Shown: positions 47,003-56,801 of the stretch, piece after piece
How the letters are laid out: every line of letters begins with the position of its first letter
How positions within the stretch are numbered: position 1 is the first letter of the stretch
DNA from: Treponemataceae bacterium
GTDB taxonomy: Bacteria; Spirochaetota; Spirochaetia; Treponematales; Rectinemataceae
Assembly (NCBI GenBank): GCA_963678065.2
Contig: CAXXVZ010000004.1
Span: 416,001-480,000 of the forward strand
Direction: 5' to 3'
Length of the DNA stretch: 64,000 bases
The notes under the pieces: model-generated
Seen by the model: the letters and a program-made list of their open reading frames with translations, nothing else
Told to the model about the DNA's origin: nothing
Databases searched by the model: none
Made by a program: the position numbers and the translations under genes

Positions 47003-49581
47003 ACAGCCAGAGCATCCTCACACTCGTACAGAACGCGGGCATCCTCATCGCCATCGCGATCCTCGGCGATCTGTCTTCTCCCCGATGGGACGCCGATAAA
47101 AAGGGAATCGGGCGGATCGTCCTCGGCGCAGTGACGGGCGCGCTCGGCATCATACTCATGCTGACACCGATGCGCCTCATGTCAGGCGTCGTCTTCGACA
47201 CGCGCTCGATCCTTCTTGGAATTTCCGGCCTCTTCTTCGGCCCCATCCCCACACTGATCGCGATGGCCATGACGGCCGCACTGCGGCTTGTGCAGGGCGG
47301 CGACGGGGCCAGAATGGGTGTGGCCGTCATTCTGGTCACCGGGTCGGCGGGCATTCTGTGGAGGAAACTGCGCCGGAAAAGGGCCGCCGACCTCGGCTGG
47401 CCCGAACTCTATGTTTTTGGCCTCAGCCTCCACGTCGCCATGCTCGCGTGCACGGTCTTCCTTCCATCCGCCATACGGGGGGCCGTGCTGGGGAGCATCA
47501 TAGCCCCTGTGCTGCTGATCTATCCTGCCGGGACTGCCCTCCTCGGCAGACTCCTCGTCAATCGTCTGAAACGGAAAGAGATTGCCGACGCACTTGCTGA
47601 GAGCGAGGAGAGGCTCAGACTCGCCATGGAAGTGAATGAGATCGGGTTCTTCGAGCACGATCTCGTGACGGGCAGGGTCCATTACTCGTCCGAGTGGAAG
47701 CCACGGCTCGACCATCACCCTGCTGATCTTCCCGACTCTCCCGATGCCTGGGAAAGCCGGATACATCCGGATGACAAGGCTGCCGTTCTCGCGAAGGAGC
47801 GCGAATGGTGGGCGGGGCAGTCGCCGGAATACGAAGCGGAATTCCGGTTCAGACACCTCGATGGGAGCTGGCGATGGCTGCTGGCCCGGGGCCACCTCGT
47901 CACGGACGACAAGGGTCGGCCAATCAAGGCGGCGGGCTGCCACATCGACATCACAAAGCGGAAACAGGACGAGGAAGCGATCCGCGCCACCGAACGACGG
48001 TTCCGGAGCCTCGCCGAAAGCTCCAGCGACTACATCATGCTCTACGACCGGGAAGGCAGGCATGTTTACATGAATCCGGCCGGCATGGCGGCCGCGGGAT
48101 TCACCGAGTCGGACATCATCGGGAAAACCCATCAGCAGGCCAACTACGGGGCGCATGCGAGCGAGTACCGGAAATCCGATATCGAGGCGGTTTTCGAAAC
48201 CGGCAGGCCGTCGACCCGCCTCATCAGGTGGGAGAAACCCGAAGGGACCTTCTATCTTGACTGGCGACTGTCCCCCGTGCCCGGTCCCGACGGAAACACC
48301 GAGCTCGTTCTGGGCATCTCCCGCGATATAACCGCGCTCAAGCGCGCCGAAGCCGAGCTCAGGAAAAAGGAAGAACTGTTTCGGGCGCTCATCGAGAACG
48401 CGCCCGACGGAGTGACCCTCATAAACCTGGAGGGCGAGTTCATCTATGTCAGCCCCTCGGCCCGAAAGATGTTCAGCTATGAGCCCGACGAACCCATTAC
48501 GGCGAGGCCGGTGGACAGCACACATCCCGATGATCTTCCCTCCGTCCTGGAGGCCCTGGATCAGACAATAAAAAACCCCGGAACCGTGCCGGCCAGGGAA
48601 TACCGTTTCCGCAAGAAAAATGGCGAGTGGCTCTGGATCGAGAGCAGGTTCTCCAACCTCCTGGACCGGCCGGGCGTCGAGGCCATCGTCATCAACTTCC
48701 GCGACATAAGCGCGCAGAAAAAATCGGATGCCGAAGTGAAGTCCACCCATCTCGAACTGCGCCGCCTTCTTGGCGAAGCCGACGAGTCGCGGAAAGTTCT
48801 CCTCAGCATGGTCGAGGATCTGAAGCGGTCGGAAGAACAGATACGCAGACTCAACGCGGAACTCGAGAGCAGGGTCAGGGACAGGACGGCCCAGCTGGAG
48901 GCGGCCAACAGGGAACTCGAATCTTTCGCCTACTCCGTCTCGCACGATCTGCGCTCGCCTCTGCGGGCGATAGACGGTTTCAGCGTCGCCCTTCTGCGCG
49001 AATACCGGGACAGGATGGACGAAAACGGAATCCACTACCTCGAGCGGATCACGGAAGGGACGAGAAGGATGGGACAGCTCATCAACGACCTGCTCGGTCT
49101 CTCCCGGGTCACCAGATCCGAGTTCGCGCGGAGCGTGGTGGACCTGAGTTCCCTCGCGGCGGGAATTCTCGCCGGGCTCGCGGCCGGCAGCCCCGACAGA
49201 AAAGTGGAGACCCGCGTCCAGCAGGGACTCTGCGTTCAGGGCGACCCGAGCCTGCTCGACATCATGCTTGAAAACCTTCTTGGAAATGCCTGGAAATTCA
49301 CGGAAAAAACGCCAAGCCCGGTCGTGGAGTTCGGCGCCGGATTCTCCGACGGCAGGACTGTTTTCTTCGTTCGGGACAACGGAGTCGGCTTCGACATGGC
49401 CTACGCGAACAAGCTCTTCGCCCCCTTCCAGAGGCTCCACAGGACGGACGAGTTCCCCGGGACAGGCATCGGACTCGTCACTGTACAGCGGATCGTGCAG
49501 AGGCACGGCGGAAAAATCTGGCCCGAGGCCGCGCCCGGCACGGGAGCCACGTTCCGGTTTACGCTCGGCAATACCGTTTGA
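46999..49581 (+). CDS. Sensor histidine kinase: 5TM-5TMR_LYT + three PAS + HisKA/HATPase
   Basis: VFDTRSI..G.SGLFFGP, IHPDD/THPDD PAS motifs, SVSHDLRSPL, NAWKFT, DNGVGF, GTGIGL. Confidence 0.93.
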   Translation: MNSQSILTLVQNAGILIAIAILGDLSSPRWDADKKGIGRIVLGAVTGALGIILMLTPMRLMSGVVFDTRSILLGISGLFFGPIPTLIAMAMTAALRLVQGGDGARMGVAVILVTGSAGILWRKLRRKRAADLGWPELYVFGLSLHVAMLACTVFLPSAIRGAVLGSIIAPVLLIYPAGTALLGRLLVNRLKRKEIADALAESEERLRLAMEVNEIGFFEHDLVTGRVHYSSEWKPRLDHHPADLPDSPDAWESRIHPDDKAAVLAKEREWWAGQSPEYEAEFRFRHLDGSWRWLLARGHLVTDDKGRPIKAAGCHIDITKRKQDEEAIRATERRFRSLAESSSDYIMLYDREGRHVYMNPAGMAAAGFTESDIIGKTHQQANYGAHASEYRKSDIEAVFETGRPSTRLIRWEKPEGTFYLDWRLSPVPGPDGNTELVLGISRDITALKRAEAELRKKEELFRALIENAPDGVTLINLEGEFIYVSPSARKMFSYEPDEPITARPVDSTHPDDLPSVLEALDQTIKNPGTVPAREYRFRKKNGEWLWIESRFSNLLDRPGVEAIVINFRDISAQKKSDAEVKSTHLELRRLLGEADESRKVLLSMVEDLKRSEEQIRRLNAELESRVRDRTAQLEAANRELESFAYSVSHDLRSPLRAIDGFSVALLREYRDRMDENGIHYLERITEGTRRMGQLINDLLGLSRVTRSEFARSVVDLSSLAAGILAGLAAGSPDRKVETRVQQGLCVQGDPSLLDIMLENLLGNAWKFTEKTPSPVVEFGAGFSDGRTVFFVRDNGVGFDMAYANKLFAPFQRLHRTDEFPGTGIGLVTVQRIVQRHGGKIWPEAAPGTGATFRFTLGNTV

Positions 49582-50452
49582 ACCTGCCCGCCTTTCCCGC
49601 CCCGGCGAGGTATCCGGCCTTCGTGAAGGTGTAGAGGATCTTGCGCGCGGCGCTTGTGGCGATGCCGAGACTCTCGGAGAGGCTTTCTGTCGTCCAGGAG
49701 CCTTCCTCCGCGGGCAGGAGGGCGAGCCAATCGGCGGGACAGGCCATGACGCGCGATTCCCGCACCGCCGACAGCCTTCTGTCGAGGAGGCTGTCGCCCT
49801 TGCGGCGCCAGGACCCGGCTCCATCGAGCATCCTGAGATCCTCAACTTCCACAGAGAGGACTTCGACGACGATTCCCGGGGTCGAAAGGAGCAGAGGCGC
49901 GTGGACCATCTCGTCGAAGACCGACCAGAAGTCCCGCCTTTTAGGACTCTTCCGGCGGGAGAGGACTTCTCCCGTTTCCGGATCGAGCCGCACGACAACC
50001 GACCGCGCGATGACAGGGTGGATTATTCTCACTCTGTGACCGGCGCCAGCCAGGTAGATCGCCTTTTCCTGGATACTTCCGAGCTTCGAAGTCTGTATCT
50101 CGACAATCTCGCCATCGGGCAGGACGAGGTCGACGACCCGCCCGAGAACAGGCACCTCGAAGCGGGGCGAGGGCGCATCGCTCCGGGCGGCCCGGCTCAA
50201 GTTCCGGGCAGCCCGGCTCAGGTTCTGGGCCGCCCAGAGTTTGAGCTGGGCGTGGAGACCGTACTCGGACCAGAGATTGATGCCGGCGCGCTCCGCCGCA
50301 AATTCCTGGCCGGAATCCTCGAGCGCATACTCCGCGACAGAGTCCCGCCCGACCCCGAGCGCGGGGTGTCTCTCCGAACGCAGCGTGCGCACGAGCCCGG
50401 CGGGTACGACTTCCTGTGTGCCGGCGCAGCCGGCTCTGTCAGCGGAGGACAT
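49559..50452 (-). CDS. Hypothetical protein, probable PD-(D/E)XK nuclease fold with C-terminal HTH; start uncertain
   Basis: LHAQLK, FEVPV.GRVVDLV..DGEIVEIQT; C-terminal WTTESLSESLGI....ARKILY. Confidence 0.6.
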   Translation of the reverse strand: MSSADRAGCAGTQEVVPAGLVRTLRSERHPALGVGRDSVAEYALEDSGQEFAAERAGINLWSEYGLHAQLKLWAAQNLSRAARNLSRAARSDAPSPRFEVPVLGRVVDLVLPDGEIVEIQTSKLGSIQEKAIYLAGAGHRVRIIHPVIARSVVVRLDPETGEVLSRRKSPKRRDFWSVFDEMVHAPLLLSTPGIVVEVLSVEVEDLRMLDGAGSWRRKGDSLLDRRLSAVRESRVMACPADWLALLPAEEGSWTTESLSESLGIATSAARKILYTFTKAGYLAGAGKAGRFKRYCRA

Positions 50453-50461
50453 GCGCGCCCG

Positions 50462-51793
50462 TCAATAGGCCATGCCCGCGATGATGTCGCGGTAGAAGTA
50501 AAAGCTGTCCTTCGGAATCCGCTTCAGGCTCATGTAATCGCAGTACACGATCCCGAAGCGCCGGGCGTATCCCCAGGACCACTCGAAATTGTCGATGAAG
50601 GACCAGAGAAAATAGCCTTTGAGGGGAACTCCTTCGGCAACAGCCCGTTCGCAGGCCTCGAAATGCCCCCTCAGGTACTCGATCCGCTCCGGATCGTGGA
50701 CGCGGCCATCCGCGGGGTCCACGCTGTCGTCCCGGGCGCAGCCATTTTCGGTGACGTAGAGAGGAAGGCCAGGCGCTTCGTCCGAGAGCCAGCAGAGGAG
50801 GCGGCAGAGCCCGCCCGGAACGACAGGCCAGCCCATCCGGGTGACCGGCTGCCACTGCGGCATCCGGCGGATGCCATCCGGGGAGGCGGCATCGTGGGCC
50901 ACGACATTCTCGAAATAGTAGTTGAGGCCCGCGAAATCTATCTTCGAGGCGATGATCTCCATATCGCCCGGCTCTATGGGGAGTTTCATTCCCATCGAGG
51001 AGACGAAACGTTCGGGGTAACCCTTCCCGAGAACGGGGCCTGTGAACATGCGGGAATCGCGGTCCGTGACCCACTCCGCCGCCCGGATATCCTCGGGTTT
51101 CGCCGAGGCGGGCCTCGGACGGGAGAGATTCCAGACGATGCCGATTTCGCCTCGCAGTCCGGATTCGCGGAAGGCGCGGGTGGCGAGACCGTGCGCGAGG
51201 TTGAGGTGGTGGGTGGCCCGGGCATTGTCCCCGAGATCCTTCCGTCCTGGGGCGTGGATGCCTGTCATGTAGCCGAGATAGGCCGAGCACCAGGGTTCGT
51301 TGAGAGTGACCCACTTTTCGATCCTGTCCCCGAACTCGCGGAAACAGACCTCGGCGTATTTCGCGAAGGCGTAGGCGGTCTTTCTGTTCGTCCAGCCGCC
51401 CGAGTCCTCGAGAACCTGGGGAAGGTCCCAGTGGTAGAGCGTCGCGAAGGCTTTGAGCCCTCGTTCCTCCATGGCGTCGAGGAGCCGCTTGTAGAAATCG
51501 ACGCCGGCGCGGTTCACGCTCCCCGAGCCTTCTGGGATGATGCGGGGCCAGGCGATGGAGAAACGGTATGCCCTGACGCCGAGTTCCTTCATGAGGTCGA
51601 GATCTTCGATGTAGCGGTGGTAGTGGTCGACAGCGACATCGCCATTGTTGCCCGCGTAGACCGCCCCCGGTTTCCTCGCGAAGCTGTCCCAGATGCTTTC
51701 GGATCGGCCTCCCTCGCGGGTGGCGCCCTCGATCTGATAAGAGGCCGTGGCGACTCCCCAGGTAAAATCAGCCGGCAGTGTAAGCCTGTTCAT
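50462..51793 (-). CDS. GH1 beta-glucosidase
   Basis: WGVATASYQIEG, YRFSIAWPRI, TLNEP, VTENG, DNFEW. Confidence 0.97.
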   Translation of the reverse strand: MNRLTLPADFTWGVATASYQIEGATREGGRSESIWDSFARKPGAVYAGNNGDVAVDHYHRYIEDLDLMKELGVRAYRFSIAWPRIIPEGSGSVNRAGVDFYKRLLDAMEERGLKAFATLYHWDLPQVLEDSGGWTNRKTAYAFAKYAEVCFREFGDRIEKWVTLNEPWCSAYLGYMTGIHAPGRKDLGDNARATHHLNLAHGLATRAFRESGLRGEIGIVWNLSRPRPASAKPEDIRAAEWVTDRDSRMFTGPVLGKGYPERFVSSMGMKLPIEPGDMEIIASKIDFAGLNYYFENVVAHDAASPDGIRRMPQWQPVTRMGWPVVPGGLCRLLCWLSDEAPGLPLYVTENGCARDDSVDPADGRVHDPERIEYLRGHFEACERAVAEGVPLKGYFLWSFIDNFEWSWGYARRFGIVYCDYMSLKRIPKDSFYFYRDIIAGMAY

Positions 51794-52839
51794 GATTCCA
51801 ATCCTCCTACAGTGCAGATTTTGCGGCAGGAGCCGCGCATGATGAAGGTGGCCGGGACGGTTATCCGTTCCGGGACGGTTTTTCCGGAAATTCTGTCGAG
51901 AAGCAGAGCGGCGGAGAGCGCGCCGATCGCGGCCCTGTCCTGCCTGAAGGTCGATATGGAAGGGCGTTCGATCGCCGTCCACTCGGAATCGTCGAAGCCG
52001 ATGACCGAAAGATCATCCGGTATCCCGATTCCGAGTTCGCGGCAGGCGCGCATCGCGCCGAAGACGAGGATGTCGGCAGCGACAAAGATGGCTGTCGGCA
52101 TCGCCCCTCTCTCCTTGCTCCCGGTCAGAAGCGCGATCATGGCTTCGTAGCCTGCGTGCATGCTCCACTGCCTTGCCTCGACGACCAGACCCGGATCGAA
52201 GTCGAGCCCGCAGGAGGCAAGTCCGCGCCTGTACCCCTCGAGCCGTTCGGAGCCGGCCGTGGCGAAGGCATCCTGGGGGCCGGCGATGTGGGCTATCCGC
52301 CTGTGGCCGAGGGAGTAAAGGCTCCGGACGGCTTCGGCCGCGGAGGCTTGGTTTTCCGAGGTGACCGAGGGCACCCCGGGCAGGATGATGTTCGAGGAGA
52401 CACATGGTATGCCCGATCCGGCGAGTTCCTGCACCCCGGGCTCATGCCCATCCGCGTCCAGGATGAGGACTCCGTCGAGGGCGCGGTAGCGGCAATGCCC
52501 GAGGAGGCTCATCCTGCGGCCACCCAGATTCCGGGCGAGAAACAGGATTTCGTGTCCCGAGGCTTCCATCCCCGAGCGGAAGGCGTCCAGAATGCCGGGG
52601 AAAAGCGGATGCTCGAGTCCTGCATCGAGTCCGCCCTCCTCGAAGAGTACGCCGACGAGCCAGGATTTTCGGGTCTTGAGGCTCTTTGCGCTCTGGTTCG
52701 GGATATAGCCGAGTTCGGAGGCGGCGCGCAGTATCTCTGCTGTGGCCGTCTTTCCGATATCCGGGTGCCCGTTCAGGGCTTTCGAGACAGTAGGCGCCGA
52801 GTAGCCTGTCTGCCGGGCAATATCGTATATCGTTGACAT
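51790..52839 (-). CDS. LacI family transcriptional regulator
   Basis: TIYDIARQTGYSAPTVSKALN, LGYIPN, IPDDLSVIGFDD. Confidence 0.96.
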   Translation of the reverse strand: MSTIYDIARQTGYSAPTVSKALNGHPDIGKTATAEILRAASELGYIPNQSAKSLKTRKSWLVGVLFEEGGLDAGLEHPLFPGILDAFRSGMEASGHEILFLARNLGGRRMSLLGHCRYRALDGVLILDADGHEPGVQELAGSGIPCVSSNIILPGVPSVTSENQASAAEAVRSLYSLGHRRIAHIAGPQDAFATAGSERLEGYRRGLASCGLDFDPGLVVEARQWSMHAGYEAMIALLTGSKERGAMPTAIFVAADILVFGAMRACRELGIGIPDDLSVIGFDDSEWTAIERPSISTFRQDRAAIGALSAALLLDRISGKTVPERITVPATFIMRGSCRKICTVGGLES

Positions 52840-52848
52840 CAGGTTTTC

Positions 52849-52872
52849 GCAATCGATTGCGCAATCGATTGC
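52849..52872. promoter_or_regulatory. Tandem perfect LacI-type operator palindromes
   Basis: GCAATCGATTGC twice, abutting, ~10 bp upstream of the LacI start codon. Confidence 0.75.
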
Positions 52873-52952
52873 TTCGACTATATACCGACTCAAGGCGGGT
52901 GGCAATAGGCGGTATTGCTCTTTGCGCTCTGCTCGGGGCACAATCCTTGCCG

Positions 52953-55469
52953 ATGATCGGCCATCTACCCCCAGCATCGGAACTACCCGACCTTCCCGTC
53001 CGGGCTTTCCTGCCCCGCATAGCTTCGCTCCTGGCAGAGCAAGGCAGGCTCGTGCTGCAGGCTGAGCCTGGGGCCGGCAAGACGAGCCTTGTCCCTCTTC
53101 ACCTCGCCGCACATCCCGGGTTTGAAGGCAGGATCATCGTTCTGGAGCCGCGGAGAATGGCCGCTGTCGCGGCGGCGCGCCGGGCCGCCGATCTCTGGGG
53201 CTGCGCCTTGGGCGCCAAGGTCGGCTACCGGGTCAAAGGCGACTCGCGGGCGGGAAGGGACACGCGCGTCGAATTCATGACGCACGGTGTATTTCTCCGG
53301 ATACTCCAGGCCGATCCGGGCCTCTCCTCAGTCGGCCTCGTCGTATTCGACGAGTTCCACGAACGGAGCTGGCAGAACGATCTCTGCCTCGCCCTCTGCA
53401 GGGATCTCCTCAGTCTGCGGGACGACCTCAGACTGCTCGTCATGTCCGCGACCCTCGATGCGGCCGCCTGCGAAACCCTGCTCGACGCCCCATCGCTGTC
53501 CGTGCCGGGAATCGTCCATCCGGTCGAAACACGCTATCGGCCCATTCCTGCCGGCCAGGAACCCTGGTCCGCGGCGGCCAGGGAAGCCATTGCGCTCGCA
53601 GGAGAATGCGGCGGCGACGTTCTCGTATTTCTCCCGGGCATGGCACAGATCGAGGAGGTCGCGGGGATGATCGCCCGCGCGGCCTCCGGTCTCTCGGTCT
53701 GCCGCCTCCACTCTTCCGTACCCCTGCAGGTGCAGATGCAGGTCCTCGAGCCACCGCCCGATTCGCCGCGACGGATCATTCTCGCCACGAGCATCGCCGA
53801 GACGAGCCTGACCGTCCCGCGCGTGCGCGCCGTCGTCGATGCGGGGCTCGTGAGGGCGAACCGCTTCCACCAGAGAAGCGGCCTCAATCACCTTGTGACT
53901 GAAACCGAGGCAGCAGACCGGGCCGACCAGCGACGGGGCCGGGCCGGACGCATAGCTCCGGGGATCTGTGTCCGACTCTGGGCGGAGCGGGATAGTCTGC
54001 CCGAAAGGACAGTCCCCGAACTATTCCGATCGGAACTCTCTTCCGCCCTCCTTGAATCGACCCTCTGGGGCGCTTTGCGGCGTGAAGACCTTCCCTGGAT
54101 GGATCTCCCGCCCGAAGCCGCGTGGAACGCCGCGCACGAACTGCTTTCCATGCTCGGCGCCCTCGACGCCGATGGCAGGATCAGCGCCAAGGGACGGAAG
54201 ATGGCCCGTTTCGGTATCGAACCACGGCTCGCGGCCATGATCATGGAAGGCGTGGACTCAGGCGAGAGTGGGCGGGCGTGTTTCCTGGCAGCCTTCCTGG
54301 ACGGACAGACATCCTCGGCGGAGGCGGAGAGCGACATCGAGCGCCGCATCCAATCCCTCGACCCGGCCTTTCTCGGAAGGATCGGACAGGAGGCATGCCG
54401 CCTGGAGCGTCTGACGCTTCCGACGGCTGGAAGGCCCGGCGCGGTCAAGACTGCCTCGGTCAGGGATGCATCGACCAAGGCTGCCTCGCCGGGCGGAATA
54501 CTGGCCGCCGGTTTCCCGGACAGAGTCGCCCGCAAAGTCTCCGCCGAAGGCACCCGCGGCCTTTTCCAGCTCGCGACGGGAAGACTGCTGCGCGTCAAAG
54601 GCGAACTGGCACAAAGCGACTGGATCGTCGCCGCCGAGGCAGATGCCGGAATGGGACCGCTGCCCGGCACACTCTATGTCGGCGCCCGCCTTTCAGGGGA
54701 AGCGGCCCTCGCGATCCTCGCGCCCCTGACGAAAGAGACTCTGGAGCTCGAATGGTCGGGAGTGGCGTTCAGGGTACGAAAAAGAAGACGAGTGCAGTCC
54801 ATCATCCTCTCGGATACGCCTGAGGGGAGAGCCGATCCCGACCTCGTCGCCGGATCCTTCGCCCGCCACCTCGCCGCCGAAGGCCTCGCCGTCCTTCCGT
54901 GGAACGAAAACTGCGTGAAGCTTCTCGGACGGATTCGCGCCTTCTGGTCGCTGCGAATCGTGGATGCCTCGCCTTCCACCCCGGTATCCACGGCCTACCC
55001 CGACGATGCTGTCCTCGCGGCCACGGCCGGAACCTGGTTACTGCCCTGGATCGACGCCTCCGGCAACCCTGTGCTCGGGCCGGAAGCCCTGGCACGGGCC
55101 CTCGAGAACCTCGTCCCGGATCAGTACCGCCGGGCCTTCCGCGACGAAGCGCCCGCTTCGCTCATGCTTCCGGCCGGAATCCGGCGCAGCCTCGAGTACC
55201 GCTCCGACGGATCGGTGCTGCTCGAAGCGAGGATACACGAGTTCTTCGGCATGAAAACCCATCCTATCGTCCTCGGTAAACCCGTCGTGGCCTGCCTGCT
55301 TTCTCCCGCTGGCCGGCCCGTCCACATCACCACCGATATACCGGGGTTCTGGCGCGGCGCCTGGAGCGAGCTCAGGAAGGAACTCCGGGGAAGGTATCCC
55401 AAACACGACTGGCCGGAGGATCCTTCCACGGTCGGGCCAAGGCTTCGCTCGGTCAAACCCCGAAGCTGA
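52953..55469 (+). CDS. hrpB: ATP-dependent RNA helicase HrpB
   Basis: PGAGKTS, DEFHER, MSAT, ATSIAETSLT, QRRGRAGR, LLSPAGRP, ELRGRYPKH.WP. Confidence 0.96.
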   Translation: MIGHLPPASELPDLPVRAFLPRIASLLAEQGRLVLQAEPGAGKTSLVPLHLAAHPGFEGRIIVLEPRRMAAVAAARRAADLWGCALGAKVGYRVKGDSRAGRDTRVEFMTHGVFLRILQADPGLSSVGLVVFDEFHERSWQNDLCLALCRDLLSLRDDLRLLVMSATLDAAACETLLDAPSLSVPGIVHPVETRYRPIPAGQEPWSAAAREAIALAGECGGDVLVFLPGMAQIEEVAGMIARAASGLSVCRLHSSVPLQVQMQVLEPPPDSPRRIILATSIAETSLTVPRVRAVVDAGLVRANRFHQRSGLNHLVTETEAADRADQRRGRAGRIAPGICVRLWAERDSLPERTVPELFRSELSSALLESTLWGALRREDLPWMDLPPEAAWNAAHELLSMLGALDADGRISAKGRKMARFGIEPRLAAMIMEGVDSGESGRACFLAAFLDGQTSSAEAESDIERRIQSLDPAFLGRIGQEACRLERLTLPTAGRPGAVKTASVRDASTKAASPGGILAAGFPDRVARKVSAEGTRGLFQLATGRLLRVKGELAQSDWIVAAEADAGMGPLPGTLYVGARLSGEAALAILAPLTKETLELEWSGVAFRVRKRRRVQSIILSDTPEGRADPDLVAGSFARHLAAEGLAVLPWNENCVKLLGRIRAFWSLRIVDASPSTPVSTAYPDDAVLAATAGTWLLPWIDASGNPVLGPEALARALENLVPDQYRRAFRDEAPASLMLPAGIRRSLEYRSDGSVLLEARIHEFFGMKTHPIVLGKPVVACLLSPAGRPVHITTDIPGFWRGAWSELRKELRGRYPKHDWPEDPSTVGPRLRSVKPRS

Positions 55470-55574
55470 AGGCAGCCCGATCTCGGTGGTCCGCGAAAGC
55501 GCGGCGGCGCCTCAGGCGAGTCTCTCCCGGGGGGGCATATACGGACATGCCTCTCCTTCAGTATCTTTGCCGGA

Positions 55575-56657
55575 ATGGATTTTCTGCGCGACAGAATCCG
55601 GGCTGCCGGTCTCGGGTTTTACGAAACCGGCATGACCGCCCTCGATGCGTATTTCGGATTGAAAAATCCCGACATCTCCTTCCTGCTCGTGGAGGGAGGC
55701 ATCGTGAACCTCGCGCGCCTGGCCGACAACCTGCGCTTTCCGGGCCTGCCCTACGCGGACGCCTCCGTCCCGGAGGGCAACTCACTCATCTACATCACCT
55801 GCGCCGAATCGCTCCGGGAAGCGGAGCGCCACGCATTCACGCGGCTCGACATCTTCAGGGACCCGGTCAGCCGCAGATACCACGACCCCTACGGCGTCTA
55901 CCCTTCCCTCAGGACGCAACAGCTCGAAGCGCGCCCGGCAAGCCCGGAGCAGGCCTTGTTCGAGGCCGCCGTCCTCGTGTCGAGACAGGAATGTGTCCTC
56001 CCGGAAGGCTATTGTCCACCCTCTCCGGCCTCGGTCCAGCCCGCCTGGCAGAGAGACCTTCTGCAGCTCATTCTGACAGGGAACCATCCGGAGAGAGGCC
56101 TCGAGCTCCTGAAATCGTCGGGATTCATCGAGGCCCACTGGCCCGACCTCGCCCGCCTCTCCGATGTCGACCACGCGAAGGATATGCACCCCGAGGGGGA
56201 CGGCTGGGCGCACACGCTCGAAACGATGCGTTACCGGAAACTCCCCGACCTGAGGCTCTCCCTGGCCCTCCTCCTCCACGACACGGGCAAAGCGCGCGCC
56301 TCGAACGTGGAAGGGAGAAAATTCGACAGGCACGCCGAGATCGGAGCCGGCATGGCGCGGCGCTTTCTCACGCGGCTCGGCTTCGAACCCGCCCTCGTCG
56401 ATGACGTGGCCTTCCTCATCCGCTACCACATGATGCCGGCCGCCCTGCCCCGCCTTCCCCTCAACCGGGTCGACGGCATCATCGACGATCCCAGGTTCCC
56501 GATGCTCCTCGAGCTCTACAAGTGCGACGAACTATCCTGCTTCAGGGGGCCTGAAGGCTACTACGAAGCCTGCGCGGCCTACAGGACCTACCTCAGGAAT
56601 GTCAAAAATCCCTACCGGGAGGCCGACGGCAGGCTCCTCGCGAAAACTTTCCTCTGA
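55575..56657 (+). CDS. HD-domain protein with degenerate CCA/poly(A) polymerase-like N-terminus
   Basis: FTRL...YHDPYG, HPEGDGWAHT, LLHDTGK, HAEIGA, YHM. Confidence 0.8.
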   Translation: MDFLRDRIRAAGLGFYETGMTALDAYFGLKNPDISFLLVEGGIVNLARLADNLRFPGLPYADASVPEGNSLIYITCAESLREAERHAFTRLDIFRDPVSRRYHDPYGVYPSLRTQQLEARPASPEQALFEAAVLVSRQECVLPEGYCPPSPASVQPAWQRDLLQLILTGNHPERGLELLKSSGFIEAHWPDLARLSDVDHAKDMHPEGDGWAHTLETMRYRKLPDLRLSLALLLHDTGKARASNVEGRKFDRHAEIGAGMARRFLTRLGFEPALVDDVAFLIRYHMMPAALPRLPLNRVDGIIDDPRFPMLLELYKCDELSCFRGPEGYYEACAAYRTYLRNVKNPYREADGRLLAKTFL

Positions 56658-56768
56658 GAGCCTCTCATCCCGATCGCGCCGCCGTACCCGTCACTGCGCC
56701 GTACCCGCCACTGCGCCGATCCAGGTCGACGAGGGCCCCATCGCGGCCGGCCTCCAGCCGGGGCGCAT

Positions 56769-56794
56769 AAAAAAGGGACCCGATCGGGTCCCTT
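56769..56794 (-). terminator. Rho-independent terminator of the HD-GYP gene
   Basis: GGGACCCG-at-CGGGTCCC followed by T6 on the minus strand. Confidence 0.75.
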
Positions 56795-56801
56795 CCACGC
56801 T

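Noticed and set aside
47182..49998. 938-aa minus-strand ORF
   Set aside because: Antisense shadow of the histidine kinase.
49268..52150. 960-aa plus-strand ORF
   Set aside because: Antisense shadow of the GH1 gene and neighbours in high-GC3 DNA; no motifs.
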